Shown here piece after piece: positions 1 to 5,144 of a DNA stretch of 32,000 nt; the first letter of the stretch is position 1, and every line of letters begins with the position of its first letter. The DNA is taken from NCBI RefSeq assembly GCF_000018785.1, contig NC_010163.1:960001-992000 (forward strand). Reading direction: 5' to 3'. The stretch comes from Acholeplasma laidlawii PG-8A (lineage in GTDB: Bacteria; Bacillota_I; Bacilli_A; Acholeplasmatales; Acholeplasmataceae). Position numbers and translations under genes: made by a program. The notes below the pieces were generated by a model, which made no database searches, was not told where the DNA came from, and saw nothing but the letters and a program-made list of their open reading frames with translations.

Positions 1-565
1 AACAGTAACAACTGAGCCAATCAAATACCGCCATGCATTATTCATAAAACGTTTAAAAGTTTTACTTCTATATTGGTTCATTGTTTTTTTATATAATTTA
101 TCAATATATTCAAATTCAAATGTATTACCAAAAGATATTTTAGCTTTGTGATACGTTTGATCTACTTTTGCCTTCCAAGCTTCTTCACATTTTGAGTCTG
201 TTGTTAGATTTGAAACTGCTAAGATAAAGAATTCATATATATCTTCCTTTGTGTTTGGAATATAAAAATTACTTATCAATTCATTTTTCTTTTCTATAGA
301 CTTGGTTGACCCGATTTTATCAGCGAAATCTTTGACTACATTATCTAAATTAGAACCACGAAGCTCATATCCACAATCTTTACATTTGTGTTCAAATGCA
401 TTTAAATGAGCACCACAATTCGGACATTTGTATATTTTCCCTTCAAATAATTTAATTCTTTTATTTTCTGAGGATTGCTGATTAATAATTACCACTTGTT
501 TACCACACCCAGAGCAAAATTTCGAACCCTCTGATATTTGATTACCACAATTATTACAAAACATA
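1..565 (-). CDS. zinc-ribbon domain protein; 5' end complete, 3' end runs off the window
   Basis: ATG at 565-563, 3 nt after the stop of the XRE gene. My translation starts MFCNNCGNQISEGSKFCSGCGKQV, then a second CxxC..CxxC pair (YKCPNCGAHLNAFEHKCKDCGYEL). The frame stays open to position 1, and the last residues (WRYLIGSVVTV) look like the start of a TM helix. It is missing from the ORF track because it is truncated by the window edge. Confidence 0.6.
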
Positions 566-568
566 TTC

Positions 569-796
569 TTATCCCTCTTTTTGTTGATATTTAATAATTT
601 TTACTGCATCACAAATATCACCGATATTACAATCTAGATATTCGCAAATTCTAAGTAGTACAGAAAGGGCAACTTCTTCATTTCTTCTAAGTTTAGTCAT
701 TGTTCCGGTTGCAATATTAACCTCAGTCCTAAAATCAATTTGCGAAATATCTTTTTCTATGAGTAAAATCCATAGTTTTTTATAACTGATTTCCAT
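569..796 (-). CDS. XRE/Cro-C1 family helix-turn-helix transcriptional regulator (HTH_26-like, 75 aa)
   Basis: The 75-aa ORF has the typical short-XRE layout: LWILLIEKDISQIDFRTEVNIATGTMTKLRRNE ... LLRICEYLDCNIGDICDAV. An SD-like AAAGGGGA lies upstream. Confidence 0.85.
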   Translation of the reverse strand: MEISYKKLWILLIEKDISQIDFRTEVNIATGTMTKLRRNEEVALSVLLRICEYLDCNIGDICDAVKIIKYQQKEG

Positions 797-829
797 ACGA
801 CAGTATCCCCTTTCTTTCTTTATACTCTA

Positions 830-858
830 ATAATATCATATTAATAAACTGATAACAA
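830..858 (-). promoter_or_regulatory. sigma-70-type promoter for the XRE/zinc-ribbon operon
   Basis: On the minus strand: TTGTTA (853-858), a 17-nt spacer, then TATTAT (830-835), about 35 nt upstream of the XRE start. Confidence 0.5.
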
Positions 859-876
859 TACGAAATTAATGTTTAT

Positions 877-892
877 TCGCAAGAACTTGCGA
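877..892. promoter_or_regulatory. perfect 7-bp inverted repeat TCGCAAG-AA-CTTGCGA, candidate operator
   Basis: The palindrome sits about 19 nt upstream of the predicted -35 of the XRE promoter. No binding data are available. Confidence 0.3.
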
Positions 893-918
893 TATTATCT
901 CCTTAAAAACATAAATAA

Positions 919-949
919 AGCTTTCTAATTCTATTTGAATTGGAAAGCT
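919..949 (-). terminator. rho-independent terminator (13-bp stem with one mismatch, 5-nt loop)
   Basis: AGCTTTCTAATTC-TATTT-GAATTGGAAAGCT. On the minus strand it is followed by the T-rich tract TTATTTATGTTTTT. Confidence 0.55.
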
Positions 950-1044
950 GCTTAATTATGTTATTTAATTTATGAGTTTTATCAAAAATTAATTGGTGAA
1001 TTGTTATTCATTTAATTTACCTCAAAACTTACTTGTATAAAGAA

Positions 1045-1064
1045 AAAGTCACCAAAGTGACTTT
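1045..1064 (-). terminator. hairpin overlapping the DUF1643 stop codon (possible terminator)
   Basis: AAAGTCAC-CAAA-GTGACTTT. The minus-strand tail is TTCTTTAT. Confidence 0.45.
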
Positions 1065-1596
1065 ATAATTTATACTGTTGTTTTATATCAAACTCTTTTA
1101 AAGAGCTGTTATCAATAGATACATATAGTGGATGTTTAGGATGACCACTTTTATTTTGATCTAAACACATCCATGTACAATTATACTTAACTGATAATAA
1201 ATAAATTTCCTTTAAGGCTTCACTTAAATAATTTCTTTTTTCTATCAGATTTCCCCAACCAGCTATTAAAACACTACTTTGATTTGATTTTAATATGTTT
1301 TCGATTTCTCTAATGTTTCTTTGATAATATTGATCATTTGAATTGAAGTGCATTCCATTTGGATTGGTATCTCGTTGTGGATATATATTCAACATAATCC
1401 AACTATCATTATTTTGCTTTCTGGCTAATTTAACAACATTTTTAACAGTATTATCAAGTTTATTCGGCTCTGCTGTACTTGGGTTAACTCCAAAAAATAT
1501 AAGAGGTGATTTACCCTGAACTCCTAAAACATAACGTGCTGCATTGTCATTTTCTTTTATATAAATCCATTTACTCAAACTATTCATATTTATCAT
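1063..1596 (-). CDS. DUF1643 family protein (177 aa)
   Basis: Signatures I recognise from DUF1643: LIFFGVNPSTAEP..LDNTV near the N-terminus, NIYPQRDTNP in the middle, AGWG, and a C-terminal SGHPKHPLY. An alternative start is the ATG at 1587. Confidence 0.75.
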   Translation of the reverse strand: MINMNSLSKWIYIKENDNAARYVLGVQGKSPLIFFGVNPSTAEPNKLDNTVKNVVKLARKQNNDSWIMLNIYPQRDTNPNGMHFNSNDQYYQRNIREIENILKSNQSSVLIAGWGNLIEKRNYLSEALKEIYLLSVKYNCTWMCLDQNKSGHPKHPLYVSIDNSSLKEFDIKQQYKL

Positions 1597-1639
1597 TTAC
1601 CTATATTCTAAATTTTCAAAATTTTTGCCTCACGTTTTT

Positions 1640-1699
1640 TAAAGCCCCTCCCGTGCGGTACCCATGGGACCATCAACAAGTGATGATAGGGGGATTAAT
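1640..1699. other. locally GC-rich, palindrome-containing intergenic patch
   Basis: GCCCCTCCCGTGCGGTACCCATGGGACCATCAACAAGTGATGATAGGGGG contrasts with the AT-rich surroundings. It contains the CCCATGGG palindrome, a CCCCT/AGGGG closing pair and an ATCATCA/TGATGGT hairpin (minus-strand reading). Confidence 0.3.
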
Positions 1700-2113
1700 C
1701 TAAAAATTATTGTTCTTTACCTTCTTTTTTAATATCTCAATCAGTTCTTTTGTATTAACAACAAAGCCAAACTTATACTTTTTATCTTTGGTGTGTATTT
1801 CTAATCTCATATAGCGATTATAATATTCTGCTCTAGCAATATCTTTATAACTTATTACAAGATTTCTTTTAAAATATCTTTTGATTATAATTTCTTTGCT
1901 ATCATAGGTGAGTGGAATAGGTTTTATGATATCTTTCCCAATCCAATAAACAGACCATATCAATACAATTGTGAATATGTAAGTCGCAATTTGCTGTGCC
2001 AAGTTTAGATAGTTTTCGGTAATAATGCTTCGTTTACCAAAGTTTATTGCTCCTACAACAGCAATAATAAATACTAAATATATGGCCGGATTAATATATA
2101 TTTTCTTTTTCAT
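1700..2113 (-). CDS. small membrane protein: two N-terminal TM helices plus a soluble C-terminal domain (possibly bacterial PH-like)
   Basis: A good SD (GAGGTG) lies 5-6 nt before the ATG at 2113. Hydrophobic segments IYLVFIIAVVGAINF and IATYIFTIVLIWSVYWI. The C-terminal ~70 aa alternate beta-like segments and end in a helix, the architecture seen in bPH_2/YdbS-like proteins. That assignment is by eye only. Confidence 0.55.
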   Translation of the reverse strand: MKKKIYINPAIYLVFIIAVVGAINFGKRSIITENYLNLAQQIATYIFTIVLIWSVYWIGKDIIKPIPLTYDSKEIIIKRYFKRNLVISYKDIARAEYYNRYMRLEIHTKDKKYKFGFVVNTKELIEILKKKVKNNNF

Positions 2114-2140
2114 TTAAACACCTCAAAAATATTATACCAA

Positions 2141-2434
2141 TCAACCCATAAAATTACCATCATCATCAAATAATACTTCTTTTTTCTTAAACCTTCCATG
2201 TTCCTGGTTATGACAATCTCTACATAACAATTCTAGATTCTTTTGATCTAAACTAATACTTGTATCACCAAGATTAGAAAGAGTTAATCTTATTTGATGG
2301 TGTACCTCTTCACCTACGCCACCACATCGCTCACACTTGCCTTGTGTGGCGTTTATTTTTATTGTTCGAGCAAGTTGCCAAGCCTTCGATTTATAAAACC
2401 TGTGCAGTTCTTTTGGCTTTGCCATATGCTTCAC
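2141..2434 (-). CDS. HNH endonuclease (small phage-type HNHc)
   Basis: YKSKAWQLAR...CERCGG..EEVHHQI...N...NLELLCRDCHNQEH is the classic CxxC/HH/N/CxxCH layout of ~100-aa phage HNH proteins. The track start at 2434 is GTG; the ATG at 2425 is the more likely start. Confidence 0.85.
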   Translation of the reverse strand: MKHMAKPKELHRFYKSKAWQLARTIKINATQGKCERCGGVGEEVHHQIRLTLSNLGDTSISLDQKNLELLCRDCHNQEHGRFKKKEVLFDDDGNFMG

Positions 2435-2669
2435 TTAGTTCATTTGCTTTTGATTCAGTCTTTTCCCATTTAACATTTAAGTCATCTCTTCCGACATGAC
2501 CAAATGCAGAGAGTGATGAAAACTTAACCTTATCAAGTTCAAGTTCTTTTCTAATGTTTGAAGATGTAAAATCAAAATATACTTTTAATAAGTATAATAA
2601 ATCCTCATCACTAAGCTTTCCTGTTCCAAAGGTATCAATGTATAAAGAAACTGGCTCTGCTAAGCCAAT
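2391..2669 (-). pseudogene. metK: C-terminal fragment (about 92 codons) of S-adenosylmethionine synthetase
   Basis: My minus-strand translation is IGLAEPVSLYIDTFGTGKLSDEDLLYLLKVYFDFTSSNIRKELELDKVKFSSLSAFGHVGRDDLNVKWEKTESKANEL.... It matches the conserved MetK C-terminus (IGvAxPVS..vDTFGTGK.S...L......FDlrp..I...LdL..PiY..tAaYGHFGR.D..lpWE.tDKA..L). The fragment has no N-terminal 300 aa and no start codon, and its upstream end abuts the solo IS repeat at 2670. Confidence 0.8.
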
Positions 2670-2691
2670 TGAATTGATACCATTTTCTTGT
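2670..2691. repeat. solo copy of the IS3-family terminal inverted repeat (identical to 3485-3506)
   Basis: TGAATTGATACCATTTTCTTGT occurs at 2670-2691 and again at 3485-3506, 22/22 identical and in the same orientation. The second copy is the terminal repeat of the IS at 3485-4803. Confidence 0.75.
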
Positions 2692-3025
2692 CTAATGTCC
2701 CACTGGGTATATTATAGGTATTAAAATCATTTCCCCATTTGGTTAATGTTTCTTTCGATTCATTTATCCTGTTCTTAACTGAGTAAGCTTGATAAGCATG
2801 TCTAGTCTCATGAAAACAAGTAACCATTACTTCGATCCACGGAACTTCCGCTAACCAATCTTCATTAAAAATCACTTCATAATTCTTATGTCTAAAGACC
2901 GCAGTTACTTCTTTATTAGGTAGTTCATCTGAACTAACAAAATAGATACTTGGTTCAGTTATATTTAATAAATTAGATGCAATTTTAATCCCCTTAAGTG
3001 CTATTTCTATGTTGTTCGTTTTATC
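2692..3025 (-). pseudogene. fragment of an HExxH (zinc metallopeptidase-like) protein with no canonical start and a truncated 3' end
   Basis: The frame is open from the stop at 3026-3028: DKTNNIEIALKGIKIASNLLNITEPSIYFVSSDELPNKEVTAVFRHKNYEVIFNEDWLAEVPWIEVMVTCFHETRHAYQAY.... It contains HETRH. There is no ATG before the GTG at 2875. The reading frame runs into the solo IS repeat and ends at 2660. Confidence 0.4.
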
Positions 3026-3073
3026 TTATCCTTGTTAGTTTTATAGATAAAGTATACCTTATTTTCACTAATA

Positions 3074-3098
3074 AAAAAGAGGATCAAATCCTCTTTTT
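3074..3098 (-). terminator. rho-independent terminator overlapping the stop of the 4-TM gene
   Basis: AAAAAGAGGA-TCAAA-TCCTCTTTTT. On the minus strand the GAGGA/TCCTC core is followed by TTTTTTATTAG. Confidence 0.6.
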
Positions 3099-3479
3099 GA
3101 TAGAGATATAAATTCCAATGAGAACAGTAATAGTCACCACAAGAACAATTGATATAGTCAATACTGGAATAGTGTATGTATTAATAATAAGAAGTGAAGC
3201 AACTAATAAAACTAATGATGGTAGATATGAAAGAACTGCATAATTTTTTTTCCAAAAGCTTATTTTCTCTTTACTAAATGATATAAACAATAAGAATATG
3301 CTTATCAAAAATGTAATGGCAGTAAAATAGGTTCCTAACACTAAAACATTTCGGTGGAGTAGCGGTGTATCTACATTATATATAGAAGCAATCAACACTA
3401 ATAGATGAAATACATGTTGGAACATAATAGTATATATGAATCGGTTAAAATACTTGTTATCTTTTTTCATTTTGATCAC
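3084..3479 (-). CDS. small integral membrane protein (about 4 TM helices), unknown function
   Basis: Four long hydrophobic stretches. The track start at 3479 is GTG. The ATG at 3470 is preceded by the SD AAGGTGA at 3476-3482, directly abutting the IS end at 3485. Confidence 0.6.
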   Translation of the reverse strand: MIKMKKDNKYFNRFIYTIMFQHVFHLLVLIASIYNVDTPLLHRNVLVLGTYFTAITFLISIFLLFISFSKEKISFWKKNYAVLSYLPSLVLLVASLLIINTYTIPVLTISIVLVVTITVLIGIYISIKKRI

Positions 3480-3526
3480 CTTTTTGAATTGATACCATTT
3501 TCTTGTACTTTATGTTCTTTGTAGTT

Positions 3527-3555
3527 ATTATATCATTTATTGATTCATGAGTCTA
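3527..3555 (-). promoter_or_regulatory. possible outward-reading promoter inside the IS end
   Basis: Minus strand: TAGACT (3550-3555), a 17-nt spacer, then TATAAT (3527-3532). It points out of the IS toward the 4-TM gene, whose SD touches the IS end. Confidence 0.3.
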
Positions 3556-4426
3556 TATTGGATAGGTGAATACCCGCCTAGCGTAAGTTTAATTCTTTCG
3601 TGATTATACCAATAGATATATCCATTAATAGTTCGAATTAAGTCAGCCAATGATTTAACCTTTTGTAAATAGATTGTTTCACACTTAAGTGTCCCAAAGA
3701 AACTTTCTATGACTGACATTTAATAAGCGTTACCTTTAGCACTCATGGATTGCACAAATGATGATTTTTTAAGGTAATTACGATATTTAGGGGATTGATA
3801 TAAGATACCCTGATCAGAGTGTATGAGAAGCTTTGATAAGTCTTCATTTGGGTTGATTGCTTTCTTAAGAGTTTTTAGAATCAAGTCTTGATTTTGACTC
3901 CTAGAAATTTGGTATGCTTTGACTTCACCATTGTAAAGATCTTGAATGACCGATATATATAAATTTTTGCGATTGAATCTAAACTCTGATACATCTGTGA
4001 CCCACGCTATATTAGGTTCATCCTTTTTAAAGTCTCTTTTAAGTAGATTGGGTATAATTTTGTTTGATATGTGAGAGATATAGCGATATCTCTTTTTTCT
4101 TACCTTGCAGACGATATGTAGTTCTTCCATGATCTTTACAACGGTCTTATAGGCTATTTTGACCTGATAGAGGTTTTGAAGGGCGAGTTTAATACGTCTA
4201 TAGCCATATGTGCGATTACTCGCTTCAAAAATCTCTGAAATAAGTATCTTTATATCGTGATATTTATCTGTCTTCTTATGATGTTCATAGTAATAATAAA
4301 CAGACTTGGGAAGTCCAGATATTAGAAGTTAGATCTTTCAATGCATATTTTCGCCTTAATTCCTTGACTACTTGGTATTTTTGTTCGTTCGTTCCTGTTT
4401 CTTAAACTTTGGCAATAAGTAATTTT
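3537..4426 (-). pseudogene. IS3-family transposase orfB (DDE/rve integrase core), disrupted
   Basis: The 3720-4130 and 3537-3719 ORFs are in the same frame, separated by a TAA at 3720-3722 (..SAKGNAY*MSVIESFFGTLK, versus the family pattern GNxxDNAxxESFFgtLK). DDE residues are visible (WVTDVSEF, LIHSDQG, ESFF). The N-terminal HTH part (VKELRRKYALKDL / LLISGLPKSVYYYYEHHKKTDKYHDIK...) needs at least one extra frameshift near 4320-4335, and stops lie between 4375 and 4426. Confidence 0.8.
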
Positions 4427-4744
4427 CTAGTATTCAAGTTCCATTTCTAAGTGTTTAACTTTGAGTTCTAAACTTTCTTCAACCTCTTTAGATGGTGTAT
4501 GGAAATTTCTAACTGGATTCTTACGATAATCTTTGGGCGTTTGAAAGAAACGCTCTTTACCATAAAGTCTATACTGATATACCCATCTAGCAGGTAATGT
4601 ATTATTTAAACTTCTTGATGATAAATACATATCATATTTTCGTGCTGCTTGACTGTATGAGAGTTCATTTTCAATGATGTCTAAAACGACTTTTAACTTG
4701 AATTCCCCGCTCCATAGTCTATTCTTTTTCTTTTTATCCTTCAT
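4427..4744 (-). CDS. IS3-family transposase orfA (HTH plus leucine-zipper-like C-terminus)
   Basis: WSGEFKLKVVLDIIENELSYSQAARKYDM.. is the typical IS3 orfA helix-turn-helix. The heptad-like C-terminus is ESLELKVKHLEMELEY. It lies 59 nt inside the left terminal repeat. Confidence 0.8.
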   Translation of the reverse strand: MKDKKKKNRLWSGEFKLKVVLDIIENELSYSQAARKYDMYLSSRSLNNTLPARWVYQYRLYGKERFFQTPKDYRKNPVRNFHTPSKEVEESLELKVKHLEMELEY

Positions 4745-4969
4745 ATGATGCCTCCTGCATATATATTAGTTTACACTAAGTACAGGTTTTTGGTATCAGT
4801 TCACCTTAAAAATGCTTAAAATCTCGAATAGCCTTTATTCAACCCTCGATTAAAGCTAGTAAATAAAATAAAATTTAATCTAAAATTTACAAATATGGGG
4901 ATTTTTTATAAAAGTTCCCTTTCCTTCTCAATGCTACTTCAAACATATATCAACAATACTTCAAAAGCA

Positions 4970-4999
4970 TAAAAAAATGCCACACCGAAGTGTAGCATT
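4970..4999 (-). terminator. rho-independent terminator downstream of tRNA-Arg
   Basis: Minus strand: AATGCTACAC-TTCG-GTGTGGCATT followed by TTTTTTTA. The stem is 10 bp including one G-U pair. Confidence 0.65.
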
Positions 5000-5013
5000 A
5001 TTTAATTCCATGA

Positions 5014-5090
5014 TGGCGTCCGAAGAGGGATTCGAACCCCCGACCGATAGCTTAGAAGGCTATTGCTCTATCCAGCTGAGCTATTCGGAC
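5014..5090 (-). tRNA. tRNA-Arg (anticodon TCT), CCA encoded
   Basis: Minus strand: GTCCGAATAGCTCAGCTGGATAGAGCAATAGCCTTCTAAGCTATCGGTCGGGGGTTCGAATCCCTCTTCGGACGCCA. Acceptor stem GTCCGAA/TTCGGAC, D-loop AGCTCAGCTGGATAGAGC, anticodon stem ATAGC/GCTAT with loop CTTCTAA, T-arm GGGGGTTCGAATCCCTC. Confidence 0.95.
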
Positions 5091-5110
5091 ACACTTATTC
5101 AGCAATGACT

Positions 5111-5139
5111 ATTATAACCTATTCACTGCTGAATGTAAA
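5111..5139 (-). promoter_or_regulatory. near-consensus promoter for tRNA-Arg
   Basis: Minus strand: TTTACA (5134-5139), a 17-nt spacer, then TATAAT (5111-5116), 20 nt upstream of the mature tRNA 5' end. Confidence 0.65.
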
Positions 5140-5144
5140 GCCTT

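Larger units (their letters stand above)
3485..4803 (-). mobile_element. IS3-family (IS150-like) insertion sequence, about 1319 bp, inactivated
   Basis: Terminal inverted repeats TGAATTGATACCATTTTCTTGTAC (3485-3508) and, reverse-complemented from 4780-4803, TGAACTGATACCAAAAACCTGTAC match at 18/24 with TG...CA ends. The orfA/orfB organisation and DDE motifs are present. The flanking triplets differ (TTT vs CCT), so there is no target-site duplication. Confidence 0.85.

Noticed and set aside
521-532. TTCGAACCC match to the T-arm of tRNA-Arg as a possible att-site repeat marking the far end of an island.
   Set aside because: The identity is only 9 nt, it lies inside the zinc-ribbon coding sequence (..GSKFCS..), and it does not extend toward the acceptor end. 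It is most likely coincidence.
2631-2681. GGTATCAAT (2631-2639) pairing with ATTGATACC inside the solo IS repeat, as a possible hairpin or second IS end.
   Set aside because: The left copy is simply the metK codons for I-D-T (ATTGATACC on the coding strand). A 9-nt match is not enough to call another IS terminus.
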